Shown piece by piece: positions 1 to 13,100 of a DNA stretch of 64,000 bases. The notes under the pieces are model-generated. The model worked only from the letters and a program-made list of their open reading frames with translations. It had not been told where the DNA came from and searched no databases. The DNA lies in the NCBI RefSeq assembly GCF_009914755.1, contig NC_060933.1; one strand, 5' to 3'. The stretch is from the human T2T-CHM13v2.0 reference genome, Homo sapiens. How positions within the stretch are numbered: the stretch's first letter is position 1; each line of letters begins with the position of its first letter. The translations under genes and the position numbers were made by a program.

Positions 1-33
1 TGGAATGGAATGGAATGGAATGCAATGGAATGG

Positions 34-185
34 AATCAACCCGAGTGCAATCGAATGGAATCGAATGGAATGGAATGCAATGGAATGGATTCAACTTGAA
101 TGGAATGGAAAGAATGGAATCAACACGAGTGGAATGGCATGGATTGGAATGAAATGGAATGGAATCAACCCGAGTACAGGGGAAT
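34..185 (+). repeat. pHuR98-like SatIII cassette (first of about 27 full or partial copies in 1-47 kb)
   Basis: AATCAACCCGAGTGCAATCGAATGGAATCG...ATTCAACTTG...CAACACGAGTGGAATGGCATGGATTGG...CCGAGTACAGG. The 5' end matches my recollection of the Hur98 SatIII primer. The core recurs at about 1772, 2455, 4227, 4925, 6842, 8635 ... 46687. Confidence 0.65.
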
Positions 186-2173
186 GGAATGGAATGGAAT
201 GCAATGGAATGGAATCATCCGTAATGGAATGGAAAGGAATGGAATGGAAAGGAATCAACTCGATTGCAATAGAATGGAATGGAATGGAATTAACCCGAAT
301 AGAATGGAATGGAATGGAATGGAACGGAACGGAATGGAATGGAATGGAATGGAATGGAATGGAACGGAATGGAATGGAATGGAATGGAATGGAATGGAAT
401 CAACGCGAGTGCAGGGGAATGGAATGGAATGGAATGCAATGGAATGGGATCTTCCGGAATGGAATGGAATGGAATGGAATGAAATGCAATGGATTCAACT
501 CGATTGCAATGGAATGGAATAGAATGGAATGGAATGGAGTGGAATGGAATTAATCCGAATAGAATGGAATGGAATGGAATGGAACGGAATGGAACGGAAT
601 GGAATGGAATGGAATGGGATGGAATGGTATGGAATGGAATGGAATGGTACGGAATAGAATGGAATGGAACGAATTGTAATGGAATGGAATTGAATGGAAT
701 GGAATGGAATCAACGCGAGTGCAGGGGAATGTAATGGAACGGAATGCAATGGAATGGAATCATCCGGAATGGAATGGAATGGAGTGGAATGGAATGGAAT
801 GGAATGGAATGGAATCAACCCGAGTGCAATGGAATGGAGTGGAATGGAATGGAATGGAATGGAACAACCCGAATGGAGTGGAATGTAACGGAGAGTAAGG
901 GAGTTGAATAGAATCAATCCGAATGTAATGGAATGGAATGCAACGGAATGGAATGGAATGGAATGGAATGGAATGCAATGGAATTGAATCAACCCGAGTA
1001 CAAAGGAATGGAATGGAATGGAATGGAATGGAATGGAATGGAATGGAATGATACGGAATAGAATGGAATGGAATGGAATGGAATGGAATGGAATGGAATG
1101 GAATCGTTCCGAGTGGAATAGGAGGGAATGTGTTCGAGTGGAATGGAAAGGAATGGTATCAACCAGAGTGGAATGGAAGGGAATGGAATGGAATGGAAAC
1201 TAATAGAATGGAATCAACCCGAGTGGAATGGAATGGAAAGGACTGGAATGGAATGGAATGGAATGGAATCAACTCGATTGTAATGGAATGGAATGGAATG
1301 GAATGGAATGGAATGGAATGGAATTAACCCGAATACAATGGAATGGAATGGAATGGAACGGAATGGAGTGGAATGGAATGGAATCATCCCGAGTGCAGGG
1401 GAATGGAATGGAATGGAATGCAATGGAATGGAATCACCCGGAATGGAATGGAATGGAATGGAATGCAAAGCAATGGAATCAACTCGAATGCAATGGAATG
1501 GAATGGAATGGAAAGGAATACATTGGAATCAACGCGAGTGGAATGGAATGGAAAGGACTGGATTGGAGTGGAATGGAATGGAATGGAATGGAATGGAATC
1601 AACTCGATTGGAATGGAATGGAATGGAATGGAATTAACCCGAATAGAATGGAATGGAATGGAATGGAACGGAACGGAATGGAATGGAATGGAATGGAATG
1701 GAATTGAATGGAATGGAATGGATTCAACCCGACTGCAGGGTAATGGAATGGAATGGAATGCAATGGAATGGATTCAACTTGAATGGAATGGAAAGAATGG
1801 AATCAACACGAGTGGAATGGCATGGATTGGAATGGAATGGAATGGAATCAACCCGAGTACAGGGGAATGGAATGGAATGGAATGCAATGGAATGGAATCA
1901 TCCGTAATGGAATGGAAAGGAATGGAATGGAATGGAATAGAATGGAATGGAATCAACTCGATTGCAATCGAATGGAATGGAATGGAATTAACCCGAATAG
2001 AATGGAATGGAATGGAATGGAACGGAACGGAAAGGAATGGAATGGATTGGAATCGAATGGAACGGAATGGAATGGAACGGAAAGGAATGGAATGGAATGG
2101 AATGGAATGGAATGGAATGGAATGGAATCAACGCGAGTGCAGGGGAATGGAATGGAATGGAATGCAATGGAAT

Positions 2174-2188
2174 GGAATCTTCCGGAAT
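2174..2188. promoter_or_regulatory. Perfect three-unit heat shock element match (gGAAt-cTTCc-gGAAt); first intact copy of about 40, last at 47064-47078
   Basis: Exact match to the established HSF1 consensus nGAAnnTTCnnGAAn. Binding cannot be shown from sequence alone. Confidence 0.6.
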
Positions 2189-5100
2189 GGAATGGAATGG
2201 AATGGAATGGAATGGAATGGAATGGAATCAACCCGAGTGCAATGGAATGGAGTGGAATGGAATGGAATGGAATGGAACAACCCGAATGGAATCGAATGTA
2301 ATGGAGAGTAAGGGAGTTGAATAGAATCAATCCGAATGTAATGGAATGGAATGGAACGGAATGGAATTGAATGGAATGGAATGGAATGCAATGGAATGGA
2401 ATCAACCCGAGTGCAATCGAATGGAATCGAAAGGAATGGAATGCAATGGAATGGATTCAACTTGAATGGAATGGAAAGAATGGAATCAACACGAGTGGAA
2501 GGGTATGGATTGGAATGGAATGGAATGGAATCAACCCGAGTACAGGGGAATGGAATGGAATGTAATGCAATGGAATGGAATCATCCGTAATGGAATGGAA
2601 AGGAATGGAATGGAATGGAATGGAATGGAATGGAATGGAATGGAATCAACTCGATTGCAACCGAATGGAATGGAATGGAATTAACCCGAATAGAATGGAA
2701 TGGAATGGAATGGAACGGAATGGAATGGAATGGAATGGAATGGAACGGAACGGGATGGAATGGAATGGAATGGAATGGAATGGAATCAATCCGAGTGCAG
2801 GGGAATGGAATGGAATGGAATGCAATGGAATGGAATCTTCCGGAATGGAATGGAATGGAATGGAATGGAATGAAATGCAATGGATTCAACTCGATTGCAA
2901 TGGAATGGAATAGAATGGAATGGAATGGAATGGAATGGAATTAACCCGAATAGAATGGAATGGAATGCAATGGAACGGAATGGAACGGAATGGAATGGAA
3001 TGGAATGGAATGGAATGGAATGGTATGGAATGGAATGGAATGGTACGGAATAGAATGGAATGGAACGAATTGTAATGGAATGGAATTGAATGGAATGGAA
3101 TGGAATCAACGCGAGTGCAGGGGAAAGTAATGGAACGGAATGCAATGGAATGGAATCATCCGGAATGGAATGGAATGGAATGGAATGGAATCAACCCTAG
3201 TGCAATGGAATGGAGTGGAATGGAATGGAATGGAATGGAACAACCCGAATGGAATGGAATGTAATGGAGAGTAAGGGAGTTGAATAGAATCAATCCGAAT
3301 GTAATGGAATGGAATGCAACGGAATGGAATGGAATGGAATGGAATGGAATGCAATGGAATGGAATCAACCCGAGTACAATGGAATGGAATGGAATGGAAT
3401 GGAATGGTATGGAATGGAATGGAATGGAATGGAATGCCTTCAAACCGAATGGAATGGAAAGGAATGGAATCAACACGAGTGGAATGGAATGGAATGGAAT
3501 GGAACGGAATGGAATGGAATGATACGGAATAGAATGGAATGGAACGAAGTGGAATGGAATGGAATGGAATGGAATGGAATGGAATGGAATCGTTCCGAGT
3601 GGAATAGGAGGGAATGTATTCGAGTGGAATGGAAAGGAATGGAATCAACCAGAGTGGAATGGAATGGAAAGACTGGAATGGAATGGAATGGAATGGAATG
3701 GAATGGAATGGAATGGAATCAACTCGATTGTAATGGAATGGAATGGAATGGAATGGAATGGAATCGAATTAACCCGAATACAATGGAATGGAATGGAATG
3801 GAACGGAATGGAGTGGAATGGAATGGAATCAACCCGAGTGCAGGGGAATGGAATGGAATAGAATGCAATGGAATGGAATCATCCGGAATGGAATGGAATG
3901 GAATGGAATGCAAAGCAATGGAATCAACTCGATTGCAATGGAATGGAATGGAATGGAAAGGAATACATTGGAATCAACCCGAGTGGAATGGAATGGAAAG
4001 GACTGGAATGGAGTGGAATGGAATGGAATGGAATGGAATGGAATCAACTCGATTGGAATGGAATGGAATGGAATGGAATGGAATGGAATGGAATGGAATT
4101 AACCCGAATAGAATGGAATGGAATGGAATGGAACGGAACGGAACGGAATGGAATGGAATGGAATGGAATGGAATGGAATCAACCCGACTGCAGGGGAATG
4201 GAATGGAAGGGAATGCAATGGAATGGATTCAACTTGAATGGAATGGAAAGAATGGAATCAACACGAGTGGAATGGCATGGATTGGAATGGAATGGAATGG
4301 AATCAACCCGAGTACAAGGGAATGGAATGGAATGGAATGCAATGGAATGGAATCATCCGTAATGGAATGGAAAGGAATGGAATGGAATGGAATGGAATGG
4401 AATGGAATCAACTCGATTGCAATCGAATGGAATGGAATGGAATTAACCCGAATAGAATGGAATGGAATGGAATGGAACGGAACGGAACGGAATGGAATGG
4501 ATTGGAATGGAATGGAATGGAATGGAATGGAATGGAATGGAATGGAACGGAAAGGAATGGAATGGAATGGAATGGAATGGAATGGAATGGAATGGAATCA
4601 ACGCGAGTGCAGGGGAATCGAATGGAATGGAATGCAATGGAATGGAATCTTCCGGAATGGAATGGAATGGAATGGAATGGAATGGAATCAACCCGAGTGC
4701 AATGGAATGGAGTGGAATGGAATGGAATGGAATGGAACAACCCGAATGGAATGGAATGTAATGGAGAGTAAGGGAGTTGAATAGAATCAATCCGAATGTA
4801 ATGGAATGGAATGGAACGGAATGGAATGGAATGGAATGGAATGGAATGCAATGGAATGCAATGGAGTGGAATCAACCCGAGTGCAATCGAATGGAATCGA
4901 ATGGAATGGAATGCAATGGAATGGATTCAACTTGAATGGAATGGAAAGAATGGAATCAACACGAGTGGAATGGCATGGATTGGAATGGAATGGAATGGAA
5001 TCAACCCGAGTACAGGGGAATGGAATGGAATGGAATGCAATGGAATGGAATCATCCGTAAAGGAATGGAAAGGAATGGAATGGAATGCAATGGAATGGAA

Positions 5101-7149
5101 TGCAATGGAATGGAATGGAAACAACTCGATTGCAATCGAATGGAATGGAATGGAATTAACCCGAATAGAATGGAATGGAATGGAATGGAACGGAACGGAA
5201 TGGAATGGAATGGAATGGAATGGAATGGAACGGAACGGAATGGAATGGAATGGAATGGAATGGAATGGAAAGGAAAGGAAGAGAATGGAATGGAATAGAA
5301 TGGAATGGAATGGAATCAACGCGAGTGCAGGGGAATGGAATGGAATGGAATGCAATGGAATGGAATCTTCCGGAATGGAATGGAATGGAATGGAATGGAA
5401 TGGAATGGAATGGAATCAACCCGAGTGCATTGGAATGTAGTGGAATGGAATGGAATGGAATGGAACAACCCGAATGGATTGGAATGTAATGGATAGTAAG
5501 GGAGTTGAAAAGAATCAATCCGAATGTAATGGAATGGAAAGGAACGGAATGGAATGGAATGGAATGGAATGGAATGGAATGGAATGGAATGCAATGGAAT
5601 GGAATCAACCCGAGTACAATGGAATGGAATGGAATGGAATGGAATGGAATGGAATGGAATGGAATGCAATGGAATGCAATGGAATGGAATCTTCCGGAAT
5701 GGAATGGAATGGAATGGAATGGAATGGAATGGAATGGAATGCAATGGATTCAACTCGATTGCAATGGAATGGAATAGAATGGAATGGAATGGAATGGAAT
5801 GGAATGGAATTAAACCGAATAGACTGGAACGGAATGGAGTGGAACGGAACAGAACGGAACGGAACGGAACGGAGTGGAATGGAATGGAATGGAATTGTAT
5901 GGAATGGAATGGAATGGTACGGAATAGAATGGAATGGAAAGAATTGGAATGGAATGGAATCGTATGGAATGGAATGGAATGGAATGGAATCAACCCGAGT
6001 GCAGGGGAATGTAATGGAACGGAATGCAATGGAATGGAATCATCCGGAATGGAATGGAATGGAATGGAATGGAATGGAATGGAATGGAATGGAATCAACC
6101 CGAGCGCAATGGAATGGAGTGGAATGGAATGGAATGGAGTGGAACAACCCGAATGGAATGGAATGTAATGGAGAGTAAGGGAGTGGAATAGAAACAATCC
6201 GAATATAATGGAATGGAACGGAATGGAATGGAATGGAATGGAATGGAATGGAAGGGAATGCAATGGAATGGAATCAACCCGAGTACAATGGAACGGAATG
6301 GAATAGAATGGAATGGAATGGAATGGAATGGAATGGAATGGAATGGAATCAACCCGAGTGCAATGGAATGGAGAGGAATGGAATGGAATGGAATGGAAAC
6401 TACCCGAATGGAATGGAATGGAATGGAATGTAAGGGAATTGAATAGAATCAATCCGAATGGAATGGAATGGAATGGAACGGAATGTAATGGAATGGAATG
6501 GAATGGAATCAACCCGAGTGCAGGGGAATGGAATGGAATGGAATGCAATGGAATGGAATCATCCGGAATGGAATGGAATGGAATGCAATGGAATGGAATG
6601 GAATGGAATCAACCCGAGTGCGAATGAATGGAGTGAAATGGAATGGAATGGAATGGAGACAACCAGAATGGATTGGAATATAATGGAGTGTAAGGGAAAT
6701 GAATAGAATCAATCTGAATGTAATGAAATGGAATGGAACGGAATGGAATGGAATGAAATGGAATGGAATGGAATGCAATGGAATGGAATCAACCCGAGTG
6801 CAATCGAATGGAATCGAATGGAATGGAATGCAATGGAATGGATTCAACTTGAATGGAATGGAAAGAATGGAATCAACACGAGTGGAATGGCATGGATTCG
6901 AATGGAATGGAATGGAATCAACCCGAGTATAGGGGAATGGAATGGTATGGAATGCAATGGAATGGAATCATCCGTAATGGAATGGAAAGGAATGGAAAGG
7001 AATGGAATGGAATGGAATGGAATGGAATGGAATCAACTCGATTGCAATCGAATGGAATGGAATGGAATTAACCCGAATAGAATGGAATGGAATGGAATGG
7101 AATGGAACGCAACGGAATGGAATGGAATGGAATGGAATGGAATGGAATG

Positions 7150-10100
7150 GAATGGAATGGAACGGAACGGAATGGAATGGAATGGAATGGAATGGAATGG
7201 AATGGAATGGAATCAACGCGAGTGCAGGGGAATGGAATGGAATGGAATGGAATGCAATGGAATGGAATCTTCCGGAATGGAATGGAATGGAATGGAATGG
7301 AATGGAATGGAATGAAATGCAATGGATTCAACTCGATTGCAATGGAATGGAATAGAATGGAATGGAATGGAATGGAATGGAATTAATTCGAATAGAATGT
7401 AATGGAATGGAATGGAACGGAATGGAACCGAATGGAATGGAATGGAATGGAATGGAATGGTATGGAATGGAATGGAATGGTACGGAATAGAATGGAATGG
7501 AACGAATTGTAATGGTATGGAATTGAATGGAATGGAATGGAATGGAATGGAATCAACGCGAGTGCAGGGGAATGTAATGGAACGGAATGCAATGGAATGG
7601 AATCATCCGGAATGGAATGGAATGGAATGGAATGGAATGGAATCAACCCGAGTGCAATGGAATGGAGTGGAATGGAATGGAATGGAATGGAAAAACCCGA
7701 ATGGAATGGAATGTAATGGAGAGTAAGGGAGTTGAATAGAATCAATCAGAATGTAATGGAATGGAATGCAACGGAATGGAATGGAATGGAATGGAATGGA
7801 ATGGAATGTAATGGAATGCAATGGAATGGAATCAACCCGAGTACAATGGAATGGATTGGAATGGAATGGAATGGAATGGAATGGAATGGAATGATACGGA
7901 ATAGAATGGAATGGAAAGAAATGGAATGGAATGGAATGGAATGGAATGGAATGGAATGGAATGGAATCGTTCTGAGTGGAATAGGAGGGAATGTATTCGA
8001 GTGGAATGGAAAGGAATGGAAAAAACCTGAGTGGAATGGAAGGGAATGGAATGGAATGGAAACTAATAGAATGGAATCAACCCGAGAGGAATGGAATGGA
8101 AAGGACTGGAATGGAATGGAATGGAATGGAATCAACTCGATTGTAATGGAATGGAATGGAATGGAATGGAATTAACCCGAATACAATGTAATGGAATGGA
8201 ATGGAACGGAATGGAGTGGAATCGAATGGAATCAACCTGAGTGCAGGGGAATGGAATGGAATGGAATGCAATGGAATGGAATCATCCGGAATGGAATGGA
8301 ATGGAATGGAATGCAAAGCAATGGAATCAACTCGATTGCAATGGAATGGAATGGAATGGAAAGGAATACATTGGAATCAACACGAGTGGAATGGAATGGA
8401 AAGGACTGGAATGGAGTGGAATGGAATGGAATGGAATGGAATGGAATGGAAACAACTCGATTGGAATGGAATGGAATGGAATGGAATGGAATGGAATGGA
8501 ATGGAATTAATCCGAATAGAATGGAATGGAATGGAATGGAACGGAATGGAATGGAACGGAATGGAATGGAATGGAATGGAATGGAAACAACCCGACTGCA
8601 GGGGAATGGAATGGAATGGAATGCAATGGAATGGATTCAACTTGAATGGAATGGAAAGAATGGAATCAACACGAGTGGAATGGCATGGATTGGAATGGAA
8701 TGGAATGGAATCAACACGAGTACAGGGGAATGGAATGGAATGGAATGCAATGGAATGGAATCATCCGTAATGGAATGGAAAGCAATGGAATGGAATGGAA
8801 TGGAATGGAATGGAATGGAACTCAACTCGATTGCAATCGAATGGAATGGAATGGAATTAACCAGAATAGAATGGAGTGGAATGGAATGGAATGGAACGGA
8901 ACGGCATGGAATGGAATGGAATGGAATGGAATGGAATGGAACGGAACAGAACGGAATGGATGGAATGGACTGGAATGGAATGGAATGGAATCAACGCGAG
9001 TGCAGGGGAATGGAATGGAGTGGAATGCAATGGAATGGAATCTTCCGGAATGGAATGGAATGGAATGGAATGGAATGAACTGCAATGGATTCAACTCGAT
9101 TGCAATGGAATGGAATTGAATGGAATGGAATGGAATGGAATGGAATTAACCCGAATAGAATGGAATGGAATGGAATGGAACGGAATGGAACGGAATGGAA
9201 TGGAATGGAATGGAATGGAATGGTATGGAATGGAATGGAATGGTACTGAATAGAATGGAATGGAACGAATTGTAATGGAATGGAACTGAATGGAATGGAA
9301 TGGAATGGAATGGAATCAACGCGAGTGCAGGGGAATGTAATGGAACGGAATGCAATGGAATGGAATCATCCGGAATGGAATGGAATGGAATGGAATGGAA
9401 TGGAATGGAATGAAATCAACCCGAGTGCAATGGAATGGAGTGGAATGGAATGGAATGGAATGGAACAACCCGAATGGAATGGAATGTAATGGAGAGTAAG
9501 GGAGTGGAATAGAATCAATCCGAATGTAATGGAATGGAATGCAACGGAATGGAATGGAATGGAATGGAATGGAATGGAATGGAATGCAAAGGAATGGAAT
9601 CAACCCGAGTGGAATTGCATGGAATGGAATGTAATGGAATGGAATGGAATGGAATCAATTCGAGTGGAAAGGAATGGAATGGAATGGAATGGAATGGAAT
9701 GGAATGGAATGCAATGACATGGAATCAACCCGAGTGCAATAGAATGGAATCGAATGGAATGGAATGCAATGGAATGGATTCAACTTGAATGGAATGGAAA
9801 GAATGGAATCAACACGAGTGGAATGGCATGGATTGGAATGGAATGGAATGGAATCAACCCGAGTACAGGGTAATGGAATGGAATGGAATGCAATGGAATG
9901 GAATCATCCGTAATGGAATGGAATGGAATGGAATAGAATGGAATGGAATGGAATGGAATCAACTCGATTGCAATCGAATGGAATGGAATGGAATTAACCC
10001 GAATAGAATGGAATGGAATGCAACGGAACGGAATGGAATGGAATGGAATGGAACGGAACGGAACGGAATGGAATGGAATGGAATGGAATCAACGCGAGTG

Positions 10101-13100
10101 TAGGGGAATGGAATGGAATGCAATGGAATGGAATCTTCCGGAATGGAATGGAATGGAATGGAATGGAATGAAATGCAATGGATTCAACTCGATTGCAATG
10201 GAATGGAATAGAATGTAATGGAATGGAATGGAATGGAATTAATCCGAATAGAATGGAATGGAATGGAATGGAACGGAATGGAACGGAATGGAATGGAATG
10301 GAATGGAATGGTATGGAATGGAATGGAATGGTACGGAATAGAATGGAATGGAACGAATTGTAATGGAATTGAATTGAATGGAATGGAATGGAATGGAATG
10401 GAATCAACGCGATTGCAGGGGAATGTAATGGAACGGAATGCAATGGAATGGAATCATCCGGAATGGAATGGAATGGAATGGAATGGAATGGAATGGAATC
10501 AACCCGAGTGCAATGGAATGTAATGGAGAGTAAGGGAGTTGAATAGAATCAATCCGAATGTAATGGAATGCAATGTAACGGAATGGAATGGAATGGAATG
10601 GAATGGAAAGGAATGGAATGGAATGCAATGGAATTGAATCAACCCGAGTACAATGGAATGGAATGGAATGGAATGGAATGGAATGGAATGGAATCGAATG
10701 GAATGATACGGAATAGAATGGAATGGAACGAAATGGAATGGAATGGAATGGAATGGAATGGAATCGTTCTGAGTGGAATAGGAGGGAATGTATTCGAGTG
10801 GAATGGAAAGGAATGGTATCAACCAGAGTGGAATGGAAGGGAATGGAATGGAATGGAAACTAATAGAATGGAATCAACCCGAGTGGAATGGAATGGAAAG
10901 GACTGGAATGGAATGGAATGGAATGGAATCAACTCGATTGTAATGGAATGGAATGGAATGGAATGGAATGGAATTAACCCGAATACAATGGAATGGAATG
11001 GAATGGAACGGAATGGAGTAGAATGCAATGGAATCAACCCGAGTGCAGGGGAATGGAATGGAATGGAATGCAATGGAATGGAATCATCCGGAATGGAATG
11101 GAATGGAATGGAATGCAAAGCAACGGAATCAACTCGATTGCAATGGAATGGAATGGAATGGAAAGGAATAAATTGGAATCAACCCGAGTGGAATGGAATG
11201 GAAAGGAGTGGAATGGAGTGGAATGGAATGGAATGGAATGGAATGGAATCAACTCGATTGGAATGGAATGGAATGGAATGGAATGGAATGGAATGGAATG
11301 GAATGGAATCAACCCGAGTACAATGGAATGGAGTGGAATGGAATGGAATGGAATGGAACAACCCGAATGGAATGGAATGTAATGGAGAGTAAGGGAGTTG
11401 AATAGAATCAATCCGAATGTAATGGAATGGAATGGAACGGAATGGAATTGAATGGAATGGAATGGAATGCAATTGAATGGAATCAACCCGAGTGCAATGC
11501 AATGGAGAGGAATGGAATGGAATGGAATGGAAACTACCCGAATGGAATGGAATGTAATGGAGTGTAAGGGAATTGAATAGAATCAATCCGAATGTAATGG
11601 AATGGAATGGAACGGAATGGAATGGAATGGAATGCAATGGAATGGAATGGAATGCAATGGAATGGAATCAACACGAGTGCAATCGAATGGAATCGAATGG
11701 AATGGAATGCAATGGAATGGATTCAACTTGAATGGAATGGAAAGAATGGAATCAACACGAGTGGAATGGCATGGATTGGAATGGAATGGAATGGAATCAA
11801 CCCGAGTACAGGGGAATGGAATGGAATGGAATGCAAAGGAATGGAATCATCCGTAATGGAATGGAAAGGAATGGAATGGAATGGAATGGAATGGAATGGA
11901 ATCAACTCGATTGCAATCGAATGGAATGGAATGGAATTAACCCGAATAGAATGGAATGGAATGGAATGGAACGGAACGGAATGGAATGGAATGGAATGGA
12001 ACGGAACGGAACGGAATGGATGGAATGGAATGGAATGGAATGGAATGGAATCAACGCGAGTGCAGGGGAATGGAATGGAATGGAATGCAATGGAATGGAA
12101 TCTTCCGGAATGGAATGGAATGGAATGGAATGGAATGAAATGCAATGGATTCAACTCGATTGCAATGGAATGGAATGGAATGGAATGGAATGGAATGGAA
12201 TGGAATGGAATGGAATTAACCCGCATAGAATGGAATGGAATGGAATGGAATGGAATGGAATTAATTCGAATAGAATGGAATGGAATGGAATGGAAAGGAA
12301 TGGAACAGAATGTAATGGTACGGAATAGAATGGAATGGAACGAATTGTAATGGAATGGAATTGAATGGAATGGAATGGAATGGAATGGAATCAACGCGAG
12401 TGCAGGGGAATGTAATGGAACGGAATGCAATGGAATGGAATCATCCGGAATGGAATGGAATGGAATGGAATGGAATGGAATCAACCCGAGTGCAATGGAA
12501 TGGAGTGGAATGGAATTGAATGGAATGGAACAACCCGAATGGAATGGAATGTAATGGAGAGTAAGGGAGTTGAATAGAATCAATCCGAATGTAATGGAAT
12601 GGAATGCAACGGAATGGAATTGAATGGAATGGAATGGAATGGAATGGAATTGAATCAACCCGAGTACAATGGAATGGAATGGAATGGAATGGAATGGAAT
12701 GGAATGGAATGGAATGGAATGGAATGGAATGATACGGAATAGAATGGAATGGAACGAAATGGAATGGAATGGAATGGAATGGAATGGAATGGAATCGTTC
12801 TGAGTGGAATAGGAGGGAATGTATTCGAGTGGAATGGAAAGGAATGGAAAAATCCTGAGTGGAATGGAAGGGAATGGAATGGAATAGAAACTAATAGAAT
12901 GGAATCAACCCGAGAGGAATGGAATGGAAAGGACTGGAATGGAATGGAATGGAATGGAATCAACTCGATTGTAATGGAATTGAATGGAATGGAATGGAAT
13001 GGAATGGAATTAACCCGAATAGAATGGAATGGAATGGAATGGAACGGAATGGAACGGAATGGAATGGAATGGAATGGAATGGAATGGAAAGGTGTGTAAT

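Noticed and set aside
890-925. G-rich GAGAGTAAGGGAGTTG and GCAGGGG words as insertions or G-quadruplex motifs
   Set aside because: They stay in pentamer register as mutated GGAAT units, have no target-site duplications, and lack four closely spaced G3 runs.
981-991. GAATTGAATCA resembling a DUX4 site
   Set aside because: It lacks the leading TAA of the DUX4 consensus and arises easily by chance from the satellite. DUX4 binding is established for HSATII rather than for this array.
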